Positions 25,448 to 37,730 of a DNA stretch of 64,000 nucleotides are shown here, piece after piece. Numbering within the stretch: position 1 is the stretch's first letter; the number at the start of each line of letters is the position of its first letter. The notes below the pieces were generated by a model. It worked only from the letters and a program-made list of their open reading frames with translations, made no database searches and was not told the DNA's origin. The stretch lies in assembly GCA_053919585.1 (NCBI GenBank), contig CM132799.1, one strand, 5' to 3'. Source of the stretch: Euprymna scolopes (taxonomy: Eukaryota). The position numbers and the translations under genes were made by a program.

Positions 25448-28400
25448 TTAGTTACAGTTTTTAAGGTCTTGCCTGAAACCTTCACCTGAAATTTCTGGTT
25501 CTTTTAAGACCCCTAACAAACTGGGTCTACTCCGACGCCTTGGTCTGCAAATTGGACAATACCATTGTTCTTCTTGGGGTGCATCTACCAGGCCCACACA
25601 ACCAAAGTGGAACCAGTCATTACATTGATCACAAGGCACCATTGGTCTGAAATCTTCTGGTTTAGCACATGCAGGGCAAATCCAGATTCTAACACTCTCA
25701 TCAGGTTGGGAGGATATATTTTGATCTGGCACATTCTCTGGTTCATGAAGAATTTCATTATCCACATTTTCAGAAAGAGAATTAATCTCCAGAGGAAATA
25801 AATGCCTGATTGAATGGGTTAATGTAGCTCGATTTCCTTTTCTCACTCTTGCTGAACGAACCAACCCATCCTTTCCTTCAATCAACTCCAGGACTTCACC
25901 TATAGACCAAAATGGTCTAGTTTTAAGAGGACCCTTTATTAACACTATGTCACCCTTTTTGATGGCATTATCAAAGGAAGGGTCAGATAACTCAAGAGTT
26001 CTTTCTCTCAGGCTCAACAGGTAATCTTCGTGCAACATCTTTCTAAACTTTTCTAAACTGATTTCACGAAGACGGAGCGTTCTCTTTAACTCGATCCTGC
26101 TAAGTGGCTCTGTTAGTCCCAGTTCTTCATTGCCCAATCTTATCATTAAACCTTGACCCACATTTGGATTCATGAGAGAGTTGGGAGTTAGGCAATCCAT
26201 TTCATTAGAGCTTTTATAAGTCAGAGGACGACTATTAATGGAACGCTGGATATCTTATAACATGGTTAATAAACCCAAATAGTCAACCTTTCCCCTTCCT
26301 ATAGTTTTGTAGAGACAGAATTTAACTGTCTTGATTGCCCTTTCCCAAGTACCATACCAAGCTGAATAAAGTGGAATGGTACAATACTTAAGATGATAAG
26401 AACCAAACTTCTCCTTGAACTCATCAGTGATCAATCCCTGATCAATTATTTTGGCTGCAGAAATGAAAGTCCTTGCGTTGTCAGAGTAGAGGTGAGAGGG
26501 GATTCCATTCGCATTTGTGAAACGAACAAAGGCCTGCAAGAATGAAGATACACTCATATATGGGACTAGTTCTATGTGAACCGCTCTGATAGTCATGCAC
26601 GTGAAGATGAGGATATGCATTTTATAGTCCTTCACTTCTCCCTTAACCCAGATGCGACTGGTGTAATCCACACCGGTATGGAGATATGGTCTTACCAAAT
26701 TTACTCTAGAGCTAGGAAGGTCTGTTGCATTCGGTGTCGAGAAGGCAGTGATATTGTATCTTTTGCACTTGGCACAAGTGCTCACAATTTTTTAACAGCC
26801 TGTCTGGCTTGTGGTATCCAATATCCTTTTAACCTTATTTCATGTAAGGTTATTGGCAAACCCAAATGTTGGTTTTTCTGATGAGTGTCCTTTATGATCA
26901 AATCGGTTAAATGGTCTCTTTTTCCTAAAAGAATTGGATTTTTCACCTCATAGGAATGCCATTCCGAGCCACCTATCCTTCCTCTTGAACGAATGATATT
27001 GGAGGGATCCAGGAATAGGTTTAAGTTTTTCACTAAGTTTGGTGGACTCTTACCTTCAGGATCCAACAAAAAATCTAACTCTGCGGCAAAAGATTCCCCT
27101 TGCATCAACTTTATCAAATAGGTTTTTGCCAGAAGGTGATTGTCCTCACTTCTCTTCAACGTTTTGTTGACAAACTTAAAAACAAAAGCCATTGCATTAA
27201 CTTATCTGTTGAAGTTGGAAAATCTTTCTACAGAGACTATTGTGGAACTTTCGTTGTGTCTCGTAAACAAATTCATTGCAGGATAAATGCATTCCTTTTG
27301 TTCTTCCGAAAGACAACCTAACTCGAAGCTTGTTACACCGAATTTCTTCCTGCTTTATCCATGCAGGGCCTTCATAGCAATAGGAAAGGCGTTCCTGAAA
27401 TTTTTTAAAGGAAAGTCCTCTTGTGATTTAGTCGGCTGGGTTCTGCTTAGTTGGCACGTATTGGAAACTCAACTCCAACTTCATCGCTGACCTGATTGTT
27501 GCAGACATTTGCGTTATATCTTGCAGCCTGTTGCGCGCAAAGATGTTTTTTGTGGTTATCGACTTTGATAGTATCCAAGCCAATACCACTTGAGCGTCCC
27601 TTAGAACATATACTTTTTTCTATCAGGGAGTTCTTAAAGGCTTCCTTTATAATGGGAAAACATTTCAATGCTAGAAACAGTGACAAAAGCTCCAAAGTGG
27701 GTAGAGATTTACCTTTTAAGGGTGCTACTTTTGCTTTAGCAAACACCAGTGCAGACTGTCCATCTTGTACAGCATATGCTGAAAAGCCGTATGCACTTTT
27801 GGAAGCATCACAAAATAGGAATAATTTTAGGGGCTTGTTGTCGTCTAGGACTCTCCTTGGAAATGATACAGAGCCCAATTCTGTTAAGTCCTTTGCCAGA
27901 GCTTTCCAGATTTTTTTTGACTCTTCTGAAACTTCATCATCCCAATCCAACTTTTGCCTCCAGAGTTCTCCTATCAGCATTCTGCTCCTTACTGTCACTG
28001 GAAGATATATGGACAAGGGATCAAATATTTTGGAAGCTTAAGACAGCATTTTACTTTTTGTTTATGCGGTTACATCGCATTGGTGCGAACAGACCTTTAT
28101 AGTATCATGTTGAGGGTTGTACAAATACCCTAAAACTTTCTCCACACCAGAATCAAAACCTGACAGAGTTCCATCTGCCGCCATTTTTTCTTGTAACACT
28201 GCACTGTTCGAGTTACAGGATTGTATCGCAAAGTTACCCTCTTGCAGTCGTTTTTTCACCGCTGAGTATAACGTAGATAGAGTATCTACATCATTTCCTG
28301 TTTTCACAAAATTGTCCTCATAAAAGTTTGACCTGAGTACTTGGGAACATTCATCTGCAGGAATTTTTTCTGCATGATATTTTAAGACATAATTTAATAT

Positions 28401-29690
28401 AAATGGACTTGCATTGACACCGAATAAGATGGTAGAGTATCTGTAACAATGCAAGTTGCCGCCTTTTTTTCAAGAAGAAACAAAAACGATTGCGGTCCTT
28501 TTCGTGCTCTAGACGAATCATAAGGAATGATTTCCTTATGTCGGCTAATAATACATCTTTGTTGGCCCTAAAGCGAATCAACAGTTCTAACATGTCTCCC
28601 ATTAGGTTGACTCCTGGATAGGCTGCCTCATTCAAAGATGTAGCATTTACACCCTTGTAGGAACAATTGAACACAGGTCTCACCTTCGTGGTCGTCTGAT
28701 CAGCTAGTTTTAGTACCGGTCTATGCGGAATCCATATGTACTTTTGAAAGTCTTCTGGAGTCACTGTTATTTCCTCTATAATCCCTTCGTCTTCCTGTTG
28801 TCTAAAGACGTCTACGTATTGGTCATAGAGGCCTTTCTTCTCGAGGGCTTTAACTACTCTTTGCAGTATTCTAAAAGCAGCATTGTGGTTAGAATGCACA
28901 TCCTTCACTTTGTCTTCATACCATGGCAGCTGTACATGGTATCGGCCATCTTTGTAGGATATAGTGTTCCTAAACTTTTGTACCATCTCTTCATCCACGG
29001 TGGAGAATTCCTCTGTGATAGGTAACCCTAGTGACTCCATGCTAAACGTGTTTTCTAGTCCTCTCTGGACGTTTCCTTCTTCAAACCAAGCTTTTAACGG
29101 GTCTGGGTATTTCTCCTCTGGATTCAGCGCAAAATTAATTTTGTACTCTGAAAGTGGAGGTGTGTTGTCCAACAAGGAGGTATAATTAAATTTTGCCCCT
29201 CTCTTTATTGTGACTTGGTTTTAGCTGATTCTCATGCATGAAGCAACGACTGTTACCAAAGGGTATACGTCCTCTCGATGTGGAAAAAGCGGCTCCATAC
29301 ATGGAGGGGACGGTTTCAAATGGTTCTATGAATTGAATGGCGTCAACTCCCAACAGCCCCCCAATTTTAATATGACTGTCCCGGGAATTGTACTTAGTTG
29401 CTAACTGATGTGGTTTCAAGTTTTTAATTATCTGAGGAAGTTCCAGTAACTCATGCGAAAGACTCAAATTACTGGACAGAATTTGAAGAGTGTGAACTTT
29501 ATCAGAGATAAGCTTTAACTAAACTGTGACCTCTTTAAAAGGTCTTGTCTCTGAGCCCAAAAAGGTTTTCACTTCCAACCTACTTTCTTTAGCTGTAGAA
29601 ATGCTATTCACTTTTTCCAGCACAGAGGTATCCAAGTAGGTCCTTTGGCTTCCAGTGTCCAGGAGACAATTTATTTCGAACTGGCTATTT
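25448..29690 (-). pseudogene. pol: BEL/Pao Pol (protease, RT, RNase H, integrase, PHD), broken by stops and frameshifts
   Basis: Protease LLDTGSQRTY ~29635-29670; RT 28062-29175 (FYEDN variant of YVDN); RNase H 27447-28016; integrase 25448-27192. Confidence 0.92.
25547..25684 (-). other. PHD finger (C4HC3) in frame at the integrase C-terminus
   Basis: WICPACAKPEDFRPMVPCDQCNDWFHFGCVGLVDAPQEEQWYCPIC has all eight Zn ligands and lies in the same ORF as the BEL integrase tail (GDIVLIK...GKDGLVRSA...LFPLE). Confidence 0.93.
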
Positions 29691-29769
29691 CCCTTTCCAT
29701 ACTATGTCGATTACAGGAGACATGAAACCATAGCTGTAGTCATTCGTATGTACACAGGTGTCCACACGC

Positions 29770-31130
29770 ACCTTGCCTCTCTTGTCTGGGCACATTGCTG
29801 TCACTTGGCCCTTAACAGTGCAGCTGCTACAGCTACTATTTTTAGCTGCTCTCAAAGGGCACATTGCTCCCCTATGTGTCTTTTTAGGCATCTAAAACAC
29901 AGCCAAAGTTTTTTGCACCTTGTAATCCGGGCTTCATGGGAGGTGTAGCAGGGACAATTTTCCGAAGAATGTTCGTGCTTTTTACAAAACTCACATTTTT
30001 TGTGGTTTTGATTCCACTTTGGCATTGAAAGACTTCAGGGAGGAATGTTATTCTTCTTAACTTTCTTTCCTAAGTCTAGGTGGGGGCCTCAGCTTGGTCA
30101 CAGGGTGCTGTTCAGGTTTTCTAATAATCAAAAAACGCTTAATAATTTCTGGTGTCTTCAACAGGATTATTGATAATGTTGGATAGGTTTTTCCAGAAAT
30201 CCTGATCAGTTCATTTTTTATGTTGGATGGTAATTTTGCAAACAATACACGAGAAATTATAATAGCACCTGCCGACTGGTCATCATATAAGTCACAGCTG
30301 TATGATGCTCTAAGTTCCCATACGTCGGCCTGCGTTTTTATCATAAAGTCCTTCAACCACACCAAGCCTTTTGGACTCTCCAAGCGAAAATCTAATATAC
30401 CTTGGATTATTTCCCCACGTATTTCTTCCTCATCCAAGTTCTTTCAACAACTTTAGAGCCACTAGGTAACTGTCTTCGGATACGGACAAGTGGTCAATAA
30501 GTTTAAGGGCTCTACCCTCAAGAGAACACCTAAAAAATATAGCTTTCCTGATGCCGATGGTATAGACATTGCACAATTCTCAAACTTAGTGAGAAAGTCC
30601 TTAAAACTTCTTATATTTCTTTCAAAATCCCTTCCACTGAAATGTGGCCCTTTCAGTTTGATTTTAAAAGGTTCTACTGAAAAGGAAGTATGTGCGGTTG
30701 GGATGAAGGATTTTGTTGCTTCTGGGATACTAGTGGCTTCCTGACTATGAGGATTGAAGGTTGGTTCTACGTTGGTTGACCTCCTATTTTCTATAGGGAC
30801 CTCTGAAGTATTTCCTTCATTAACTGTCCGTACAACTCCCAGTCTCTGTCGTACCTCTCTCTTAAATCTAAACAAAGCATGAAAAAGTTCAGCTAGCGAT
30901 TCAGCTTCCTCTTCTGCAGCCAGTTGCTCCTCCGTACTAAAAGACACACCCTCTAGCTCCTCTAGCCATCCTTCTATATCCTTTCCAAAGGATAAAAACA
31001 CATTCAAGGTTAGAGGTTCTTTTTTCATACCCATCACAGTCGCCCTTATCTTTCTTTGAAGAAGGGATAGCCTTCTCTCTAGTTCCCTCCGAGTAATTGG
31101 GTCGTTCATTTTTTTTGCGTTACGTTGCAA
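29770..31130 (-). pseudogene. gag: BEL/Pao Gag, frameshifted
   Basis: ORFs 30462..31130 and 30057..30437; Cys/His knuckles CEFCKKHEHSSENC, CFRC and CSSC at ~29770-30000. Confidence 0.8.
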
Positions 31131-31172
31131 AGTGTCGGATTTTTACCGACTGAAGCGTTTCTGCAACTCAAC

Positions 31173-31562
31173 GGCTAAACCTAAACTCGACGTAGAAGGA
31201 AAAAACAATGAAACTCTTTACTTGTGTGGCGAATCCTTCTCGACTTTTCTCGGCTAACTGGAGTTGCAACGTATTGCCTCGTTGCTTACAACCACAAATT
31301 GTCTTTGTAATAGTAACTGTGAAACGTGTAACTTGACTAAACAAAAAAGTCCAACTAACATATCAACGATAGGGGTGTTTTATAACCCACAAGTTGATGC
31401 TATGCAAAGTTCAGTCCGACCCACGTGGTGGACAACAAACTACTACTACTACAAAAGTAGTCGACCAACCACTTTTCTAAACCTTTTGCTAGAACGACTG
31501 CCTCCCAGAATTTCACTTCCTCCACCCTCCACATCGAGTTCCGATCAGTAATAATTACCCCA
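31173..31562 (-). repeat. BEL/Pao 5' LTR (inner 5 nt missing)
   Basis: Direct repeat of 24971-25359. Confidence 0.9.
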
Positions 31563-31753
31563 ATATATATATATATACATATATATATACATATATATAC
31601 ATATATATACACATATATATACATGCATATATATATAGTATAATAAATATATTTTATAAATATGTGCAATTAAACTCCATTTTAATATTTCCAGATCTAT
31701 TTAAGGTCAATGAAAGTAACTTGCACTTTCAGAGCGGACCCGAACACCCCCCC

Positions 31754-31793
<40 letters not shown>

Positions 31794-31875
31794 TATAATT
31801 TGTAAACAATTTAAACACTACAAGCATATTTATAGATTATTCATATGTTTATCAACACACAACCGTTCCCCACCC

Positions 31876-31927
<52 letters not shown>

Positions 31928-31989
31928 CACTCACTCTGACCACAATATCTTTTTAACTTTTTTATATGGCTCTTACCTCTTTAATATTT

Positions 31990-33300
31990 ATACGTCGTTT
32001 TTTGAACCCGTCAGAAGCTATTTTATTTCTGCGTTTCTCTCATTTTGATATTCATTTTTGTTGACAAGTTCAGCAGTTTTCGTTCATTTTAAATTCTGGT
32101 CAGTGTTAGAAATCATCAATGTATTCCTCTCTTTTTTATTGTTAATTTCACCTCACTTCCGTAGTTTATTTATTCTTTGCACTTTTAATTTTCACAATAC
32201 CTCTCGCAGTGCTTATAATCTATTAATTTTTTTTTCCATTAATTAGTACATGTTTGTATTTAGTACCATAACATCTGCAGTAGTATGTTGACACTTTCTC
32301 GTGTTTTACCTAAAATTATGTATTACCATCCTCGTCTGGCACTCAGGTGTCGTTCCATTTCAGAATCTGCTTTATATACTGTTTATTCCAAGGGTATGGA
32401 TTTTACTATTTAAACTAAGCTATTTACACTGCTTATCAATCAATTATTATCATTTGCTTTCGATAATATTACTGATCCTGTCTACGAATATCTCATCGAA
32501 ACATGTTCTTTTTTGCTCATAGTGTTTCTATCCGGAACACATGTCTATGCTTAGTTGTTCAAATATATTAACGTCTTTTTTAATCTAATACGCCGGCTGA
32601 ATGCTATATTTTTATTTATTCACCAACTCTCTACGGTGTTTGTATTTTAAAAAACAGCTCGAGAATGTTCATGAAGATTTAAATTTTGACAAAATATACG
32701 GCATGGCATAGCCTTAATTGTTTAATAAGTATCATAAGATGGATGGTATTTTTAATTGGCTGCTGATAATATACTGCAAAGAATTCTGCATATATTTCTT
32801 TCCGTGCGATTGTCTGCTCAAACGCATCTTCAATTTCCTCCTATTTCTGTTTTAATGAAGTCAAATATTTATCTATTATGAGTATGCTTCTCTAGTCACT
32901 CCTTGATTTAACAGTTTTCTATTTAAAATGATTTTTGCCTCATGATTAATATTTTTGAGTGTGCATAACTAAATAATAATTAAAGTTAGATACTTTCATC
33001 TTTCTCTCTCTTTGTTTTTGCATTTTTCATTGTTTGTAGGAAGGTTATTAGTTTATAAATTATTACAATAGTTATCTTCTAGCTCTCCGTTTGTATTTAG
33101 ACAATTATTGGAAATATCCACTGTTCCATTTCCTAATAATATTATGCGATACATTTATTGTTTTGATTTTCAGATAGATCAGCTGTATTCAAACATGCTC
33201 TATCCTTTCAGTATTTTAAATCTTTCGTACGTCAGTCTAATGCTATCTCTTTAAAGTTTAATCTTTCTGAAAATGTATATTTGTTTTATCAGCCATTTTG
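31990..33300 (-). mobile_element. Possible very old LINE (RTE-like) RT relic
   Basis: Only faint remnants in broken frames; ends next to a microsatellite. Confidence 0.25.
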
Positions 33301-33407
33301 TGTATTTCTTTTAATTTTGCAGTTTTGCTTACGTATGAGTTCCCGTCTTCTCCTTCATATGTTAATATTTTAGAAGAGTATTTTTTATTAAATAAAGTAA
33401 TTAATTT

Positions 33408-33413
33408 ATTATT

Positions 33414-33482
<69 letters not shown>
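33408..33482. repeat. (TTA)n microsatellite
   Basis: Direct observation. Confidence 0.95.
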
Positions 33483-33484
<2 letters not shown>

Positions 33485-34770
33485 TTGTAATAGAATAGTC
33501 GTAGTAGAAGTAATAGTATAATATTTATAGTATAATAGTAGTATTTAACTTGAGTTCTTAATGAATAATTCAAGGGGTTCCAATCCTATGGTAGTATTCA
33601 ATGTAAGTTTTGGTTGATAACATTACGTTTAATTATAACATTATAAAAGGATCGCATATGTATACCTGTACAATATATAATATAAGTATATCAAAATGAT
33701 ATAATATAAAAGATACGAATTTGTAACAAAGAAATGCTAATCTGAAATAATCACGCATCGGCTTCCGTTTATATTGGACTCAGTTACAGTTCGTCTTCTC
33801 ACTTAATATACGGAATTTAAAACTAGNNNNNNNNNNNNNNNNNNNNNNNNNNNNNNNNNNNNNNNNNNNNNNNNNNNNNNNNNNNNNNNNNNNNNNNNNN
33901 NNNNNNNNNNNNNNNNNNNNNNNNNNNNNNNNNNNNNNNNNNNNNNNNNNNNNNNNNNNNNNNNNNNNNNNNNNNNNNNNNNNNNNNNNNNNNNNNNCAT
34001 ACCGAAGATAGATGGATAGATATATTGATAGATAGATAACTCACAAACATTGATTCATTCCGAAAATGGCCGGTGGAATTTTGCATAAAATAAAGCGAAG
34101 TGCGTATAAATTTATCTAATTTTACATTCAAACATGTCTGCTCTAATGTAGGTTGAATAAGTGTAACTAGCATTTCAGACCAAGTCTGTCGTAATCTTTA
34201 AATCGAATCATTATAAAGTTTTGTTGAAAGGAACCCAGATTACCTGCGTTTAAAACGGCCCATGAATTATAATTGAACCATTGTCGGCCTCCCATACATT
34301 TTCCTATTTATGAAAAGTTTACTTGCAGGTGTCTATATCAAAGAAGTGTTAACCCTGTAAATATTTAACATGACTATTTTTGCCCAGGCTGCCTATTGAG
34401 TACAAAGTAAAGTATGCTTTTCTTTTGATTTGAGGTATGAATATTTGAATATTTATCGATTAACTATTTATACTGTATCCAAGGTTTTTGCGTTAGGTTC
34501 TCAGTTGGCGTTTATCTTTCACTCTCATACAATTTCGAATTTTACTATTATATTTCTTTCTGAGGTATAATGTTATTATTTTATTGTTATGTGTTCAGAT
34601 ATACGAGATGATAATCAATTTTTTTTAGTTTCAGTTTGTTTTATCAGAATTTCTTTGGACCCACTTGTAGATTAGGTTACTGATTGTCGATCCACAATAA
34701 TGAAGTAGTTTACAAAATAAATACTTGCGTATTATAACGGATGATTTTTATGGAAATGTCAATGACTCTC

Positions 34771-35050
34771 TGTAGAACTGGATCCTCCTTTACTAGTTCT
34801 AATGCACTGAGTAACCGTCTGTCTTGTAACGTCACCTGTTTAGCGTATGACCAGCTAAAGTTCACTCCACCCACACCAAATCGACCTGAGTTATATTAGA
34901 TTAACCCACACGAATCTCGCGAGATAACATGGGACCGTTTCTGTTTAATGTCACAGACGCCATCTTGTTCTTATCGTTTTCCTGTCCAACGCGCATGACA
35001 GGCAGACACGTGGGCGCTTCACACGTAAGTTATGTGTATGTTCGTTTCTA
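34771..35050 (-). repeat. 3' LTR of the old Gypsy element
   Basis: Alignable to 48063-48342 at roughly 70-80% identity. Confidence 0.8.
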
Positions 35051-35166
35051 GATGTCGGGGCACACCGTCAACCTAGACTGATTCCTTTCTCATCACATCG
35101 GTCACTCGGCCCCGTGTATATCTGTCAGTGAATGCATTCCCAGCTGCTTGACCTAGAAAGCATACC

Positions 35167-36243
35167 TTAATGCGCACGACCACTGTCCTTCTTCATTGGC
35201 GACTTTTTTGTTGGGGCAGATTCCCTTTTCTCGGACTCGGCATTAGTATATTGGGTTTTCAGATGCTGTTCCTGGAGAGACGCCATCAAAGAACGCAGAT
35301 GCCAGCTGGCGAATAATGTAGGAGAAGTCCTGGTACCCGATTGGTCTCCAGACCGCAGAGCGTGGATCCACAATCGATGAGGGTGAGGTTGTGATTGCCA
35401 CCGTAATGTGTGATATCCAGGCCCACTTTCTGTCACGTGCCGACCACTCACAATTGCCTTTTTCCACTTTATTGAGCCCGGGTCGATTGATTGATATGTC
35501 TAGAAACTTTCTACATCTGCTCCTCTTACTTCTGGGTATACCATCTTGGCAAAATATTGTGTCCGCTTCACCCCTGGGTGTCTGCATTGCTGATGAATCT
35601 CACTGATACGATCCACATCCATATTGCAGGCGACGGCTGAACACGGCTGTTGCAGTGTCTCCGAACATCCCCGGTATCAGCCCACAACGACCGTTGTGGT
35701 ACTCGTGTAAGCGCATTAGCTCTGTTGCTTGCAGACGTGATCAATGTTACGTCTACGGTCAGGTTGTAATCTTTGATTGTATCGACCAAGGTAGTGAGCC
35801 GTTTTCGTATAAACATCTCGCTCGCTTCCAGTCAATGCATTGGTTATCCACCGATGAGTGCACGCAGAGTCTGTGATAATATGTAGTTCCGTGGCTTGCC
35901 ACTGAAGCGCCAGGGTAACTCCTTTCAATGTGTATCATGTTCGGCCAGGTTTATGTGCATAGAATCATTCTCTGGACGAGGCGAACAGGTGTCTTCGATA
36001 ATACCGTCATCAACCGCAAGGGCTAGTGAACTAGCGTCCAGACAGAAAGTGAACTCGTTCCCGTTAACATACCAGTTCCCTCGCACAGAATCGTCACGAG
36101 TCATACAGCCAACGTTTTATATTAGCATGCTCAGGAGCGTGGCATCATTTACTTTATTGTGCCATCCTAATGTAACAGAAGTAGCATGACGTTTTATGGA
36201 TGAAACAGCCAGCCTGAGCCAACCACACAGGGAAATGACCTAC
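35167..36243 (-). pseudogene. pol: RT end, RNase H and truncated integrase of the old Gypsy element
   Basis: GHFPV.GWLR, DASSLALAV, HINLAE, LHIITDSA, SASNRANALTRVP, AVWRPIGYQD in shifting frames; most of the integrase core is missing. Confidence 0.8.
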
Positions 36244-37326
36244 TGTGGTACGATATATTCACGAACCCGAGTTGGCCGATGGTTTCGTGATTAGAAATAC
36301 GTTGACTGGTCTTTCTCTGTATCCTTCCACGCCCACGTTGCTTTAAGATCCGTAGAACGAAGAGATGAGTATGGCCCAGTCGACGAAGGTTGAATTTGTT
36401 GCTGGAGGGAAGAAAAGTTGCCAAGTAATCAAAGAAAAATGTCTGAAAGCGTTTGTTATAAACAATAACAACGTTTATTAACACAATCTTCAAACACCAC
36501 GCAATGGGAGTGATTGTGGTTGACTGGCGGAATAAAGTTATCTTAGAAACTCTTGACTGCAATTAAGCAGCGTTGATGAAGAATGGCAACGGATTTGGTT
36601 CTTTAAGCGGCGGCAAAAAAATGAACATACTCGATTTTTCGCTTTGGGTATCCTCTATTTATTGGCCCGAATACTTGAACAATCAGTGTCTGATTGGCCA
36701 GCCAATGGGGATTGCCGACTAATAGCTATCGTCGTAACAATCACTCGGGTTAGCCTTTGATTGGTTTTAGATAATCGGCCAATTAGTTGCAATCATTGGG
36801 AGGGGTTATACGGAGCAATTCTGTGATTAGTTGATGAATAATGTATAGCCGCCCAGTCCTTGTGCCAAGCTTGTACACAATTCCAAGTTAGGCCGACCCA
36901 AAAATGATTGCCAACTTAAAAATATATTTATTGTTTATAATTTGATAAATTATGATTTTTCAGCAGGTGCAAACGTCTGCACTTTGTTTTTGTTTTATCT
37001 GTCATTCCCAATTTCTTTGCACTTAAAATGTCGGACTTCCAAACCGAATTAATTTTACTTATATAATTTGTTTATAATTTTGAAAGGTCAATACACCTAC
37101 AGATGGTTTTTGTTTTATTGACAGATTTATAGGTCAAATCCTGTTCTTGCTAAGGTCGCCATCTCTTTGCACTCAATGACAGTTTATTACACTTGGTTCT
37201 TAAAAATGTTGGCTACCTTAACAAATTTTATACTGTTCAATAAAACAATTAATATTATAATTTAATTAATTATTGTTTAATTAACTTCGCCAGTCAACCT
37301 TTTGACACTTAATTTATAGTGTCATA
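36244..37326 (-). repeat. 3' LTR of env element (1083 bp)
   Basis: About 20 differences from 45065-46149 by eye (~98%). Confidence 0.96.
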
Positions 37327-37336
37327 CTCCTTCCCC
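37327..37336 (-). promoter_or_regulatory. Polypurine tract
   Basis: GGGGAAGGAG on the minus strand directly abuts the 3' LTR. Confidence 0.85.
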
Positions 37337-37730
37337 ATTTACCGACATTTAACCTTTGGTTAAAGGTCGGTAAATCATGTTTAACGGTACATACAGAAGA
37401 CATATAATTACAATGATTGATTATACAGTTCAGTTTTGTATGTGTTCATAGAAAAAAAATTAAATGTTCATCCTAACAAACAACCCCATTTTTTTTTCTT
37501 CACCCCCCTTTTTTTGGACATTTTAAAATATTACAAAAAATGTTTACTTTTTTCTTTTTTTTTTTTTGCAGAATTATTATCTCTTTTTTTTAATATAATG
37601 ATAATAATGACAACAACAATAATAATAAATGTTCATTGCAGAGTCCTTCATTTTTTTTTCATGCATTTGTAGGAAATTTTTTTTCATGCATTTGTAAAGA
37701 TTTTTAATCGATTGTTCCAAGTAATTCAGA

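Larger units (their letters stand above)
24966..31562 (-). mobile_element. BEL/Pao LTR retrotransposon, near full length, decayed, with integrase-fused PHD finger
   Basis: Direct repeats 24966-25359 and 31173-31562; domain order Gag (CCHC knuckles), PR, RT, RNase H, IN with BEL-type motifs (PHRPV, TTKVRPVFN, ADIRKSF, LDWDD, FCDAS..AY, PTLEL, TGVDY, RAVHIEL, SDNA). Confidence 0.95.

Noticed and set aside
25547-25684. PHD finger as an exon of a host TAF3 gene
   Set aside because: It is in frame with integrase, inside the LTRs, and no other TAF3 exons are visible.
27496-28041. 181-aa plus-strand ORF and similar antisense ORFs over pol and env
   Set aside because: Shadow frames of retroelement coding sequence.
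36194-36562. ORF repeated at 45112-45384
   Set aside because: Lies within the LTRs, has a non-ATG start and different ends; repetition just reflects LTR duplication.
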